A stretch of 64,000 bases of DNA, from the NCBI GenBank assembly GCA_963697895.1, contig OY969100.1:960001-1024000 (forward strand), in the 5' to 3' direction. This stretch comes from an uncultured Methanomicrobiales archaeon (GTDB lineage: Archaea; Halobacteriota; Methanomicrobia; Methanomicrobiales; Methanospirillaceae). The notes below the pieces were generated by a model. That model was not told the origin of the DNA and searched no databases. It saw only the letters and a program-made list of their open reading frames with translations. Positions 30,651-41,900 of the stretch are shown piece by piece; position 1 is the first letter of the stretch, and every line of letters starts with the position of its first letter. A program made the position numbers and the translations under genes.

Positions 30651-32546
30651 TCATTCCTCCAGTGTCGAGATGTCCCCAGGGTCGATCCCCAGTTCCTTTG
30701 CCTTGAGAACCCTCCGCATGATCTTCCCGCTCCTCGTCTTCGGGAGCTTTTCTGCGAATTCAATCTCCTGGGGAACGGCAATCGGCCCGATGGTCATCCT
30801 CACGTGGTACATGAGTTCCTGCACGAGTTTCTCACCCGGCTGATTTCCGACCCTGAGAATGACAAAGGCCTTTATACTGTTTCCTTTCACCGCATCGGGC
30901 TTCCCGATCACCGCCGCTTCCGCAACCGCGGGATGGGAGACGAGTGCGCTCTCCACTTCAGCGGTGCCGATGTTATGCCCGGAGACGATGATGACGTCGT
31001 CAGCGCGTCCGATGACCATGATATACCCGTCCTTGTCCTTAACGGCAAGATCACCGGCGGTATAACAGCCCGGTATCGTATACCAGTATTTCCGGTATCG
31101 TTCGTCATTCTGGTAGACCGTGCGAAACATCGCGGGCCAGGGGGATTTGATCACCAGGAAACCGCCGGTGCCGGGCTTAACCGGTTTACCCTCCTTGTCG
31201 ACCACATCCACCTCGACCCCGGGGATGGCCTTCCCCGCAAATCCGGGGCGCATCGGCTCCCCGACCATGGTGGTTATCATCTGCATGCCCGTCTCGGTCT
31301 GCCACCAGGTGTCCACGATCGGGCACTTTTTCTTCCCGATGACATGGTAATACCACTCGAACGCTTCCGGGTTGAGCGGTTCACCGACCGATCCGATAAT
31401 GCGTAAAGAGCTCAGGTCGTACCGGTCGGGCCACGTTTCACCGAATTTCATGAATGCCCGGATCGCGGTGGGTGCCGTATAGAAGATGTTGATCTGTTCT
31501 TCTTCGATCAATCTCCACCAGGCACCCGGGTCCGGATAATCCGGTGTCGTCTCGCTGATGAAGACGGTCGAGCCGACGGCGAGCGGGCCGTATACGATGT
31601 AGCTGTGGCCCGTAATCCACCCGGGATCTGCCGTGCACCAGAATATATCGTTCTCCTTGAGATCGAAGACATATTTACTCGTGTAGTACGTCCCGACCAT
31701 GTACCCCGCACAGGTATGCACCACGCCTTTTGGCGGGCCGGTCGAACCGCTCGTGTAGAGCATGAAGAGGGGGTCCTCGGCGTCCATCATCTGCGGCGGA
31801 CATACCCGCTCTGCCTCCCCCATGATCTCCGAGAAATCCAGCTCGAATCCGGGCTGGAGTTCGACCAGGGGCTCTTTTCTCCTGAGCACGATCACGTGGT
31901 CGACCGTCGGGGCGTCGACGATCGCTTCATCAACGATCGACTTCAGCTGGATGGCTTTGCCCCTCCGGAGGCTCACGTCTGCGGTGATGACCACTTTTGC
32001 TCCGGCATCCCGGATCCGCATTCCGAGGGCCGCTGCACCGAATCCGCCGAAGACCACGTTGTGAACCGCGCCTATCCGGGCACAGGCAAGCATCGCGATG
32101 ATCTGTTCGGGCACGAGGGGCATGTAGATGCAGACACAGTCACCTTTCTGTATGCCGATCTTTTTTAAGGCGTTTGCAAACCGCATCACTTCGGAGTGCA
32201 GTTTCTGGTAGGTTAAAACCCGTTCTTCGCGTCCTTCCCCTCTCCAGATGAGGGCTGCCTTGTTTCGCCGGTCGTGGGTGACATGCCGATCGAGACAGTT
32301 CGCCGTGATGTTCAGTTTTGCATCGACAAACCATTTCGCATACGGGTAATCCCATTCCCGGACCGCATTCCAGGGACGGATCCATTCGAGGTTCTTTGCG
32401 ATGCCAGCCCAGAAAGTTTCGGGATCGGCAAGGAATTCGTAATACTTCTTCCCGTAATCGCCTATCCACGAATTGTGTTTGAATTCGGCATCAGGGGTAT
32501 AATACTTGACATTTTTTACGATTCTGACATCAAATGATTCTTTCAT
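30651..32546 (-). CDS. acsA: Acetyl-CoA synthetase (AMP-forming)
   Basis: YTSGSTGPPKG, DTWWQTETG, LPKTRSGKIMRR, GDISTLE. Confidence 0.95.
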   Translation of the reverse strand: MKESFDVRIVKNVKYYTPDAEFKHNSWIGDYGKKYYEFLADPETFWAGIAKNLEWIRPWNAVREWDYPYAKWFVDAKLNITANCLDRHVTHDRRNKAALIWRGEGREERVLTYQKLHSEVMRFANALKKIGIQKGDCVCIYMPLVPEQIIAMLACARIGAVHNVVFGGFGAAALGMRIRDAGAKVVITADVSLRRGKAIQLKSIVDEAIVDAPTVDHVIVLRRKEPLVELQPGFELDFSEIMGEAERVCPPQMMDAEDPLFMLYTSGSTGPPKGVVHTCAGYMVGTYYTSKYVFDLKENDIFWCTADPGWITGHSYIVYGPLAVGSTVFISETTPDYPDPGAWWRLIEEEQINIFYTAPTAIRAFMKFGETWPDRYDLSSLRIIGSVGEPLNPEAFEWYYHVIGKKKCPIVDTWWQTETGMQMITTMVGEPMRPGFAGKAIPGVEVDVVDKEGKPVKPGTGGFLVIKSPWPAMFRTVYQNDERYRKYWYTIPGCYTAGDLAVKDKDGYIMVIGRADDVIIVSGHNIGTAEVESALVSHPAVAEAAVIGKPDAVKGNSIKAFVILRVGNQPGEKLVQELMYHVRMTIGPIAVPQEIEFAEKLPKTRSGKIMRRVLKAKELGIDPGDISTLEE

Positions 32547-32984
32547 CGTTTCGCACCTGATTTTTCAGCGCTGTTGCGCAGATGGACAGGAGAGAGAGGC
32601 CGGCCGGAACGCTTTCGTCCCGCCGGTATCCTCCGGTTCGGAGTCGTGATGTATGATCTCTGCCGTACAGGTACCGGTAGAATATACACGGATCCGTATC
32701 GGAGCCAACACATCACGGAAATGGGAAAGTTCTGAAGAACTTCCCGGTGAATGTACATAGATCGGGAACACCATGCGTGTCCTTACCTATGTTACTACGA
32801 ATTGAACGCCATCTTCGAGTTCACCACTCCGTCGAAAGTAATCTATAATGATTAATCATTCTAAATTAATAAAGATACTGGAAGGGTGCATACCGGACTC
32901 CGCGGTTCCGGGTGAATTATACCGGAAAACGGCCCAATAGCGAACGTGTGCCTTTGGGCTTGAGAGGAGGTGAGGGTTGTTCCC

Positions 32985-33201
32985 TCATTCTTCTTTCAGG
33001 TGTTTATTCTCTACGAATCCATCAGCACCCAGCAAAGCAATACTGACAACTGCAAAAATGATAGCTCCCGATGTTGTATACTGCAGGATGACTGCTATCA
33101 GGGCTGTTATGATCGCTGCGTATAGCACTGTATTTGTATGTGTCTTTTCATTCTGTATTCCCAGTCTGTTCTAACTTCCAGGGCTTTGATTCACTACCCA
33201 T
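32985..33201 (-). CDS. Possible small 2-TM protein (about 71 aa), absent from the ORF track; needs one base removed near 33161
   Basis: MGSESKPWKLEQTG/IQNEKTHTNTVLYAAIITALIAVILQYTTSGAIIFAVVSIALLGADGFVENKHLKEE. Confidence 0.4.
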
Positions 33202-33534
33202 TCTCATAATTACTTTAAAATAATCATTCTCAGGTCTCCGTCTTTCCCAGAGGATTAAAATATATAAAAAATCCCCCGGTGAGAGTCGAACACATAACCT
33301 TCGATGGCAGGCACATTTCCGCGATCCCGAGGGGGGATGTGATCGGGATCCTCGAGAATAATTCCAGGCAAAATAACACCGAAATCGCGGGACAAATGCT
33401 TTTTCCGACCCGGCTGGGTCACCGCCGGAGAGCCGCGAATAATCATTTTTTTCATCCGGATGATTTAAGATTTTTATCAGGATGCATTATTAAAAGGAAA
33501 AATCTCCTATACCTTTAATCAGGAGCAGATCTGA

Positions 33535-34983
33535 TTGAGTGATACTTCCCCGAAACAGAAGATGTCCCTTAAGGACCTTTTAATCGTTATCGTCGTTTCT
33601 CTGGGATCGTTCATGGCAGGCCTCGATGCCACGATTGTGAATATTGCGCTCCCCACGATTGCAAAAACCCTGGATATCTCAACCGTGACCTCATCGTGGG
33701 TCCTGAACGCCTACCTGATTATTCTGGTCAGTCTTCTCCTTGCCGCCTCCCGGCTGGGAGATATGAAGGGGTACAAGAAATTATTCCTTTCCGGATTCGC
33801 GGTATTTACACTTGGTTCTGCCCTTTGCGGTCTTTCTTCAGACATCGTGATGCTTATCGCCTCACGGATGCTCCAGGCGGTCGGGGGTGCCGCCATCGCC
33901 GCACTGGGTGCCGTGATGGTCACCTCCTACCTTTCTTCCTCGGTACGGGGACAGGCACTCGGGATCGTCGCGATGTTTACCATGTTGGGTGCCGCACTCG
34001 GGCCGGTGATCGGGGGGTTCCTGACAAGCGTGTATTCATGGCCGTTCATCTTCTATGTCAATGTCCCGGTGGGCATTATTGCGATCCTGCTTGGCATAAA
34101 GATCATCCCGTCGAAACCACCGGTCTCCCCCGATGCAAAACTCGACATCCCGGGCGTTTTATTCGTCTTTGTTGCGTTGGCTACCCTGATATACGGTCTC
34201 ACCACGATCCAGGGGGCGACACCGGTTGCCGGCGGGATTTCCCTCATCCTCGCGTTTATATTCTGGCTTCTCTTCTTTGTACGGGAGCGGCGGGCAAAGG
34301 AGCCTTTGATCAACCTCGGGCTCTTCTCCAACCGTGCGTATACGTTCCAGAATTTTGCCGTAATGCTCGTCCAGATGGCGATGGCAGGGGTGATGGTCCT
34401 GATGCCGTTCTACCTGGAGCTGGTAAAGAAGGTCTCCACCGGGGACTCGGGGGCGATCCTGCTGGCACTTCCGGTCGGGATGATCCTTACCGCCCCGATA
34501 GCCGGAAAGATCTCTGATGTTATCGGCACGAAAAAACCCATCATTGTGGGTTTTGTTATCGCCGCCGTCGCCCTCCTGTTCCTCTCCACCTTGTCGGTGG
34601 AATCGAGCATCGGGCATGTCAGCATCTACCTCTTCCTGCTGGGGGCGGGAACGGGTATTGCCTTCTCTCCGCTCAACAGTGCGGTGATGGGGGAGTCCCC
34701 GGTACAGGACCGGGGAGCGACATCCGGTCTGCTAAAGATGATGACGAACCTGGGATCGTCGCTCGGTGTTGCATCGGTGATGCTCGTTTCCACGATCGCA
34801 ATCGGCCCCCAGCTGGCGAAGACTTCCGCTCATTCCCTCCCGGCCAAAGACCTTGCCAGTGCATTCGACACGGCATTCTTTTTCCTGATGATCGTCGAAG
34901 TGGTAGGGATTATTCTTATGATAACGGTCAGGGAAAAAGAGATCCCGGAGGGAATGGAAAGCGAACCGGCAGTGGGGTTCTGA
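33535..34983 (+). CDS. DHA2 family (14-TM) MFS efflux transporter
   Basis: FMAGLDATIVNIALP, RLGDMKG, RMLQAVGG, GPVIGG. Confidence 0.93.
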   Translation: MSDTSPKQKMSLKDLLIVIVVSLGSFMAGLDATIVNIALPTIAKTLDISTVTSSWVLNAYLIILVSLLLAASRLGDMKGYKKLFLSGFAVFTLGSALCGLSSDIVMLIASRMLQAVGGAAIAALGAVMVTSYLSSSVRGQALGIVAMFTMLGAALGPVIGGFLTSVYSWPFIFYVNVPVGIIAILLGIKIIPSKPPVSPDAKLDIPGVLFVFVALATLIYGLTTIQGATPVAGGISLILAFIFWLLFFVRERRAKEPLINLGLFSNRAYTFQNFAVMLVQMAMAGVMVLMPFYLELVKKVSTGDSGAILLALPVGMILTAPIAGKISDVIGTKKPIIVGFVIAAVALLFLSTLSVESSIGHVSIYLFLLGAGTGIAFSPLNSAVMGESPVQDRGATSGLLKMMTNLGSSLGVASVMLVSTIAIGPQLAKTSAHSLPAKDLASAFDTAFFFLMIVEVVGIILMITVREKEIPEGMESEPAVGF

Positions 34984-35336
34984 GCGTAGATCCCATTCCC
35001 TTCTTTTATTAACGGGAATACCCCTTTAATCCTGTCAACCTGCTGGCTTGGCTGAAGAACGGTAAAGTCACCGATACCTGTTGATTCCCTGAATGCGGGA
35101 ACGATAAAGGGTGATCTGCAGCCATTGCCATCCATAATGCTTTCCTTTTTCTCATATTGCAGATAACAGGAGGCATCTGATGATTCAGGTCAATTCTACA
35201 CCGGAGAATGAAGGAAGGAGGAGGGAACAAAGATCTCCGGAAATACAGGGAACCGTTCGATTCGTTTGGCTGAATCCAGGAGGTATATTTTTTTGGGTAC
35301 ATACAATCTAGGGGATTAGGAAGCATGGTTGACGGT

Positions 35337-35591
35337 ATGAACGAAGTGACAACCCTGATCATCTGCCGGGAATCGGTGTATGACTCGGAAGACTGGGTGC
35401 ATATTTCAGGCAGGTTATCACCCGGACAGACGGACGGGACCTATCAGGAGGCGCTGAACCGCCTGGATGATACGCGTTATACCCTTTCCGAGGCGGGGGA
35501 TATCGTCCGGCAGGTCGCGAGGGAGATGGGCTACCCGGTGATCGAAGAATTAGGCGTGAACTTCCCCTTCCCGGAAGCAATGGAAGAATAG
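35337..35591 (+). CDS. Hypothetical protein
   Basis: Plausible ORF composition; no recognisable motif. Confidence 0.55.
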   Translation: MNEVTTLIICRESVYDSEDWVHISGRLSPGQTDGTYQEALNRLDDTRYTLSEAGDIVRQVAREMGYPVIEELGVNFPFPEAMEE

Positions 35592-35607
35592 CTGCTCCGA
35601 TCGAACA

Positions 35608-35871
35608 CTACAACTCGGGATATTCCTTCTTCGACGGAAGAAAATAGAACACGAAGAGGACGCATACTGCGCCGGTCAGGATCACGAGGATGCTCAGGCT
35701 GTCCGGGTGGATGAACCCGAGGCTCGCCTTGTACTTCACGGTGTGAAAGTCATTCACCGACCAGGGAAATGTCTCGTAGAAGTACCGGTACAGCGTCTGC
35801 AACAAGATGACCAGGGCTGCGGTGATCGCGATTATTGCCAGTATCATCCTGTTTTTCGGGGTCATGGGCAT
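35608..35871 (-). CDS. Small 2-TM membrane protein
   Basis: Two hydrophobic helices. Confidence 0.6.
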   Translation of the reverse strand: MPMTPKNRMILAIIAITAALVILLQTLYRYFYETFPWSVNDFHTVKYKASLGFIHPDSLSILVILTGAVCVLFVFYFLPSKKEYPEL

Positions 35872-36420
35872 CGATCTTTTCGGAATAAGAACGGTGAATA
35901 TTGCTTCTCAGTACTTCGCTCTCCACCCATTAAATACTATGAACCGGTAATGATTGGGAATAGAAATGGCCCTCTTCAGCCGCGATAGCGTTTTCCTTAT
36001 ATTCCAGGTTATTCTGGCAGTGATCACGAACGCCATTCCGTTCTACCTCCTCCTGAATTTGGGGAAACCCTGAGATTCTTTTTTTTCTACCCGGATCATT
36101 CGCTGCGGTACTTTTCCCCGCGGTCCCGCATGCATGAAAAATGCGATTTACCGGTCCCGCCTCTCCCGACCGATGTCCACGATCCCGCTCACCGGGTGCA
36201 GTTCGTTGCATCACTACCAGAGATGCACTCTCGCATCCCGGTGGTGCCATTCCCGATCTCTCCGCCCTCTCCTGTCCGGTGTTCACGATCCCGCATGCGC
36301 GAGGTCTGTTCACGCAATCTCCGTTCCTCTGAACCAAAAAATCCCTGCAATACTTGAAATGCCCTTTCTCGGTCTCTCCCCCCTCTTCCGACAAAGACTG
36401 ACTCCCGTGAGATGGAAATG

Positions 36421-37038
36421 CTATTTCCGCCTGAACAAATAGTTCAGGCTTTCTCCCCTGGGAATTGAGCGGATATAGAGATAGGAAACGAGCACTGCCG
36501 CGATCGACCCGATCGTATGGGCAACGTCGTCCCCGATCAGGTCGGGGAGCCCGTCATCGAAGGTGGTATGAGCGGTGATATCGAAATAGACCTCCCCGAT
36601 CTTCCATATCCCGCCGAGGATGGCCACGATCAGAAAGATCGAGATGAGGACCGTCGACCGCCTGAACCGGATCCCCCACCGGTCGAGGAATATGAAGAAC
36701 ACGAGGACCACCATCCCGACGGCCATCCCCGAGACGAAATGGGCAAGTTTGTCGAAGAGGGGAAACGTGGGCGACCAGTACCACCGCATCACCCCGCCGG
36801 AGATATGGAGAAAGAGGGAGAGCGATATCAGGCTCTTCACCCCGAAAGGCAGGGTGATCTTTAAGAGCATCTCGATCGCCACCGGGATCAGGATGACGAC
36901 CATCGCCGCGATGACCGCAATAAATCTCGACCGGTCGCCGATCTGGACGGCCCACACCGCGAGCCCGAGAAAGATCGCCTCGAAAATTCCGACTATTGCG
37001 AGATCAACCTTGTTTAAGCGTGATTTCGGGATCGGCAT
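36421..37038 (-). CDS. Membrane protein (DUF2238/VanZ-like)
   Basis: LFLH..GG..RWY....FDKLAHFVSG; several TM helices. Confidence 0.7.
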   Translation of the reverse strand: MPIPKSRLNKVDLAIVGIFEAIFLGLAVWAVQIGDRSRFIAVIAAMVVILIPVAIEMLLKITLPFGVKSLISLSLFLHISGGVMRWYWSPTFPLFDKLAHFVSGMAVGMVVLVFFIFLDRWGIRFRRSTVLISIFLIVAILGGIWKIGEVYFDITAHTTFDDGLPDLIGDDVAHTIGSIAAVLVSYLYIRSIPRGESLNYLFRRK

Positions 37039-37374
37039 GAATACCAGTACTATGCATTCCCGCCGGGGAAATAGGTGACGGCTGGCAGGGTTCATCCTTC
37101 CTGAGGTTACTGGGGATGGCCCTGAAACATATCGCCCGGGTCGCCAGAACACGAGTTCCTTACACTCGTCCGACATGTTCTCCCAGGGATAGATCCCGGA
37201 ATTCATAGTACTGGTTCCCGGACCGAAAGATCGTGAAGGTCCCGGGGATCTCCCGATAAGGTCTTCTCTTTCTCCCCGATTGGGTCCGGGTCATTTTCGA
37301 TCCTGAACAGGAGAGACACTCTCATATATTCACCGTTCCAACCTTTTCTCCTGAACGTAAAGAGTGGACATCCC

Positions 37375-38169
37375 ATGCACCAGTGGAATCCGGATGACTA
37401 CGAGAGACATTCCTCGGCCCAGAAGAAGTGGGGCGGAACACTGATCGGGAAGCTGCAGATCTCCGGAGACGAGCAGGTTCTCGATATCGGGTGCGGGGAC
37501 GGCGGGCTCACGGTCATGATCGCCGCCCGGATTCCCCGGGGGAAGGTGACCGGGATCGATCTGTCCCGTGAGATGATCGCCCATGCAAAGTCCCGCTACC
37601 CGGCATCGGGGTATCCCAATTGCAGTTTCGTCTGCCTTGATGCCCGGGAGATGATATACGACTCGGAGTTCGATCTCGCTTTTTCCAACGCTGTCCTGCA
37701 CTGGGTGGCAGAGCAGGATCTACTCCTCGCTCGGGTTCGCCGGGCCCTGAAACCGGGCGGAAGGCTCCTTTTCCAGATGGGAGGGTACGGGAACGCTGCG
37801 GAGTTCTTCGGCGTGGCCCGGTCCCTCGTTGCCAGGCAGCCCTGGAAAGGCTATTTTTCCGGGTTTTCCCCCACATGGAGCTTTCTTTCCGATCGTGAGT
37901 ATGCCGCCCTCCTGGATGAGGCGGGGCTTATACCCGTCAGGGTGGAGCTTATCCTGGTGGACATGGTCCATGAGAACCGGCAGGGTCTCGAGGGCTGGAT
38001 CCGCACCACCTGGCACCCCATACTGGAGAGGCTTCCGGAAGAAAGAAAAGAGGAGTTCATAACCCTGCTCACGGACCGGTACCTTGCTTCCCATCCTCCG
38101 GATCACGAAGGCCGGACCTGCGTGAAGATAGTCAGGCTGGAGGTAGAGGCACGGAAAAAGGAGGAGTGA
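37375..38169 (+). CDS. SAM-dependent methyltransferase (trans-aconitate methyltransferase-like)
   Basis: WNPDDY...S..Q, VLDIGCGDG, FSNAVLHWV, LKPGG. Confidence 0.9.
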   Translation: MHQWNPDDYERHSSAQKKWGGTLIGKLQISGDEQVLDIGCGDGGLTVMIAARIPRGKVTGIDLSREMIAHAKSRYPASGYPNCSFVCLDAREMIYDSEFDLAFSNAVLHWVAEQDLLLARVRRALKPGGRLLFQMGGYGNAAEFFGVARSLVARQPWKGYFSGFSPTWSFLSDREYAALLDEAGLIPVRVELILVDMVHENRQGLEGWIRTTWHPILERLPEERKEEFITLLTDRYLASHPPDHEGRTCVKIVRLEVEARKKEE

Positions 38170-38292
38170 TGGGTATTGGTTCCGTTGTTTTGATCTTCTC
38201 CCCATGGAGTAATTTGATAAAATCACCCTGTATCCCTGTTCAAATACGATCGGGGCTGATATGGTTAAATACCCGGTAGTCCATCACCGGTT

Positions 38293-38727
38293 ATGACACG
38301 GTACTGGATCGCGGTGGCATCGAAAAACCACGTGATGCGGGGAGTGGCTCATGGATTCGCCCAGTCCGGGCATGGGAAGCGGTCCGGCATCGCACGGATG
38401 CACCAGGGCGACCGGATCCTTTACTATTCGCCGAAGGTGGAATACGAAGGGAAGGAGCCGCTTCATGCGTTCACCGCGATGGGGGAGGTCGCGGACGAGG
38501 AGATCTTCCAGGTCGAGGAGAGCCCGGACTGGAAACCCTTCCGGAGGAGAGTCCGGTATCTGTGGACCGGTGAGGTCCGGATCGAGCCGCTTATCGGGGA
38601 GTTGTCCTTTATTAAAAACAAAGCCAAATGGGGATCCGTCTTCCGGTTCGGCCTCGTGGAAATTCCGAAGGAAGATTTCGAGCGGATTGTCGCGGAATTG
38701 GGGGACCGGGATCCGGTTATGCGGTGA
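38293..38727 (+). CDS. EVE domain protein
   Basis: YWIAVASKNHV.RG...GFAQ..HGK......M..GD.ILYYSP...PFRR.V. Confidence 0.9.
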   Translation: MTRYWIAVASKNHVMRGVAHGFAQSGHGKRSGIARMHQGDRILYYSPKVEYEGKEPLHAFTAMGEVADEEIFQVEESPDWKPFRRRVRYLWTGEVRIEPLIGELSFIKNKAKWGSVFRFGLVEIPKEDFERIVAELGDRDPVMR

Positions 38728-38764
38728 ATTAGTTTTATCATACTGCCCATTGAAACGACGTCTT

Positions 38765-39538
38765 ATGGATAGCGAACTGCGTGACAAATTCACCGGGTTA
38801 TGGCTGGATTATTTTGAAGGATCGGAGCTGCCGATTACGTTCGGAATAGGAAACGCCCCCGGAACTGCACAAAAGGCACCGGTACCCAAAGGCTGGAAGT
38901 GCCTGGTCTGCGATCTGGCCAGGATCAGAAAAGGTGTCGCGCTAGCCTTTGATCAGGAATCACTCTCCTGCAGCGGGGCGAAATTTTTCCTGGGCTTCAC
39001 GACGGAACGAACTCCGGAATTTCGTTATTTCCTTTCTTCCGGGAAACCGGGGGTAATAGAAGGAGAGCGGTATAAGCAGACTCCTGAAATCGTGGATGAA
39101 GTAAGCCGGCACGCGGAACACATTCCCGCGGAGGGTAAATGCTATACCTTTAAACGATGGGATCAGCTGGCCGAAGATGATGCCCCTGAAGTCGTAATCT
39201 TCTTTGCACGGCCGGAAGTTATCTCTGGCCTCTTCACGCTCGCAAATTTCGACCAAGTCGACCCGAACGGGGGTGTCATCTGCCCCTTCAGTTCGGGTTG
39301 CGGATCGATCATCTATTATCCGTGGCTCGAGCAGCAGAAGGAGCACCCGAAGGCAGTTCTCGGCATGTTCGATCCATCGGCACGTCCTTGTGTAATGGTC
39401 GATGTCCTGACCATGGCCATCCCGATGAAGAAATTGGTGAAGATGATAGGATACATGGAGGAGAGTTTCCTGATCACCGGGACATGGGAAAAGGTGAGAA
39501 AGAAGATCAGGAAGAGTGCGGAGATTCATACACGGTGA
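38765..39538 (+). CDS. DUF169 domain protein
   Basis: LSCSGA...LGF, EGERYK, PEVVIFFA.P...SGL, G.FDPSAR. Confidence 0.85.
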   Translation: MDSELRDKFTGLWLDYFEGSELPITFGIGNAPGTAQKAPVPKGWKCLVCDLARIRKGVALAFDQESLSCSGAKFFLGFTTERTPEFRYFLSSGKPGVIEGERYKQTPEIVDEVSRHAEHIPAEGKCYTFKRWDQLAEDDAPEVVIFFARPEVISGLFTLANFDQVDPNGGVICPFSSGCGSIIYYPWLEQQKEHPKAVLGMFDPSARPCVMVDVLTMAIPMKKLVKMIGYMEESFLITGTWEKVRKKIRKSAEIHTR

Positions 39539-39629
39539 GCATGTTACCGGCTTAAAACCGGTGAGTGTCGAATTGAACCCGAATGGAATAACATTCACGG
39601 CTACGGACGAAATAAAGGATGAACTGAAC

Positions 39630-40457
39630 ATGAAGAGTATTGTCGCAGAGAAACTCCGGCTCGATTACGAACCCGTGGCAATTCTCTGGAGCGATTCACG
39701 ACCGGAAGGGGCATTGCAAATAAAACCGCATGCGCAGACCTGCATCATGCCGTTTTTTGCCCAGGTTGCGACCAGAGGAAAAACCGTCGTGTTCGACCGG
39801 GAGTCATACGGCTGCCCGGGTGCCCGGGCAGGACTTGGTTTTGGCAACGGCTACTACGATGCGTTCCGTGGTGCCGGTATCGAATTTATGGCTGCATTCT
39901 TCGTAAAAGGTGCAGAGAGCAGCAGGGACCCGGAGGCCTATTCTGCAACCGTGCAATGTATTCCGGAACGGGAGCGTGCAAAGTTTATAGAAGGGGAACG
40001 CCTCCACAGGGATACGGATAAGGCAAAGAGGTTCATGACCGGGGATCTCCCGATCACGGATATCGCGGAGAGGTATGTGATCTTCACCCCGTTACGTAAG
40101 GTAAAACCCGGGGAGTTCCCGGTCGTGGTGATTTTTGTTGCAAACCCGTTGCAGATCACCGGACTGGTGACCCTGGTCGGAGCAATCCGCGAGGGGACCG
40201 ATCCCGTGCGGGTCCCGCCCATGGCTGCCTGCCAGCAGATCGGCGCATTCGTGTACGACGAGGCGAAAAAGGAGCATCCGAGGGCAGTGCTCGGGTACAC
40301 GGACCTCGCAGCACGGGCAAATGTAGGCAAGACCCTGCCGGTGAATGTGTTCACGTTTGCCGTCCCCTTTTCGCTCTTTGAGGAGATGGAGGAGGAAGCA
40401 GAAAACGGGGTCTTCGACGGCCCGATCTGGAAAGAACTTGCCGGAGGGGAGGAATGA
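39630..40457 (+). CDS. DUF169 domain protein (second copy)
   Basis: YGCPGA..GLGFG, EGER, PVVVIFVANP.Q..GL, AACQQI, LGYTDLAAR. Confidence 0.85.
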   Translation: MKSIVAEKLRLDYEPVAILWSDSRPEGALQIKPHAQTCIMPFFAQVATRGKTVVFDRESYGCPGARAGLGFGNGYYDAFRGAGIEFMAAFFVKGAESSRDPEAYSATVQCIPERERAKFIEGERLHRDTDKAKRFMTGDLPITDIAERYVIFTPLRKVKPGEFPVVVIFVANPLQITGLVTLVGAIREGTDPVRVPPMAACQQIGAFVYDEAKKEHPRAVLGYTDLAARANVGKTLPVNVFTFAVPFSLFEEMEEEAENGVFDGPIWKELAGGEE

Positions 40458-40661
40458 GATGGGTATGACCGATGTTTCTATGAGAAGATACCGCTCATGC
40501 AGCAGATCGGCCTGATACAGGAAGGGGGGCATCTGATGTTCGGGTGGCGGGCTTCCCTGTGTTTCTGGTTTATCTGGGGAACTGACACGAATAATCGAAG
40601 GATCTCAGTTTAATTCGTGACCCGGATTGTGCCGGTAAAAAGAGGTTGGAAAGAGAAGAGG

Positions 40662-41201
40662 TTATGATCCGATCGGCACCGCAGTCGGACCATAGGGTGT
40701 AGGCGTGAACAGGAGGATGCGGCCGGAATTGTCGGTGAGGGACAACTGCTGGTTATTTATCGTGTAACTTGTGACATTCTGAAGGATCTGAAGGTAACTT
40801 GCCTCCTTTGTACTCAGGTCCTGGCAATACTTCTGCGTCGACACAATGGGTCCGATGGTGATCCCCTTTCCGTTCGGCAGAACCTGCCCGGTCAGCACGT
40901 ACTGCGCATCGTAATCGTTGCACCCGCCAAATCCGGAAAGATCGCCTTGTTCGGTAAAGATCGCGGTGATTTGTACGCCTATCGTCTGGAACGGCGTGGA
41001 GCCGCCCGGCCCGGTCACCGCTTTGAGGTACCATCTCCCTGCAAGAGCCGGATCGGTAATCGGAGAGGTGGTAGGAATCGGTGTTGCCAGTGTGGTCGGC
41101 GGAGCGGTGGTCGCCGGGGGGGTGACCGTCGGAGTGGTGCATCCCGCGACGAGGACCGCGAAAAATGCACAGATGAACAGACTGATTACAATTCGTTTCA
41201 T
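40662..41201 (-). CDS. META (HslJ-like) domain lipoprotein
   Basis: Lipobox LVAGC, Thr/Pro linker, SGFGGCN.Y, GPIVSTQKYC. Confidence 0.9.
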   Translation of the reverse strand: MKRIVISLFICAFFAVLVAGCTTPTVTPPATTAPPTTLATPIPTTSPITDPALAGRWYLKAVTGPGGSTPFQTIGVQITAIFTEQGDLSGFGGCNDYDAQYVLTGQVLPNGKGITIGPIVSTQKYCQDLSTKEASYLQILQNVTSYTINNQQLSLTDNSGRILLFTPTPYGPTAVPIGS

Positions 41202-41630
41202 GCTTTGCATCTTGACCGAGATCACCTATAATCTTTGTTTTTTTTCACAGGATCCTGCGGGTTTGACAGGGGGAAGGTTCGGGAGTTCCTGTGGATAACC
41301 AGGAGGGAAAAGAAACCTCCACAATTCCAAAGGCTCTCAAAATAATTGAAAATGCATGCCTCTTATACGGTGCAGAACAAGGGTGTCTCATGACGGTTGT
41401 GGATAATAGGCATGCGGATGGTCATGCACAGATTCCGCATAATCACATCCATCGCCTCTGTAACATCTCTGGCGCGCCGTTACACGTATCGGAGAGCGTC
41501 GATTCAGTTGTGCAATTCGGGATGTAACGATGGGTTTCGCTTTGACCGTTCTCCTATAGGAAAGAAACATTTTCGCATGAGTAATTGTTATTCCGTAAAC
41601 CTTTTTCATCTCATTTTCTAAGAATTAATT

Positions 41631-41850
41631 ATGCAGTCGATAGATGGTTATATCGATTATAAGCGTCGGGAATATTGTAATGATGTTAAATGCCCGATAC
41701 AATTGCTTTTGAATAAAGAAGTGGAAAAATCTCCCAGAATATGAAGAAATCCGGGCGATTTGTGCATCCAATTGTCTGCATAGTACCCATGAATTTCACC
41801 ATTGGTTAACAGAGAAGGGATACCTGATCGTCAGACCGGAGCAAAAATAA
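41631..41850 (+). CDS. Small Cys/His-rich protein (about 72 aa), absent from the ORF track; +1 base near 41735
   Basis: MQSIDGYIDYKRREYCNDVKCPIQ...SPEYEEIRAICASNCLHSTHEFHHWLTEKGYLIVRPEQK-stop after removing one C. Confidence 0.7.
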
Positions 41851-41900
41851 TCCCAACTTTTTTTACCGTTGTGTATCATTAATTCTCGTGAAGTGTCCCC

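Noticed and set aside
35908-36036. 42-aa minus-strand ORF with an upstream GGAGGAGG
   Set aside because: No recognisable motif or other support for coding.
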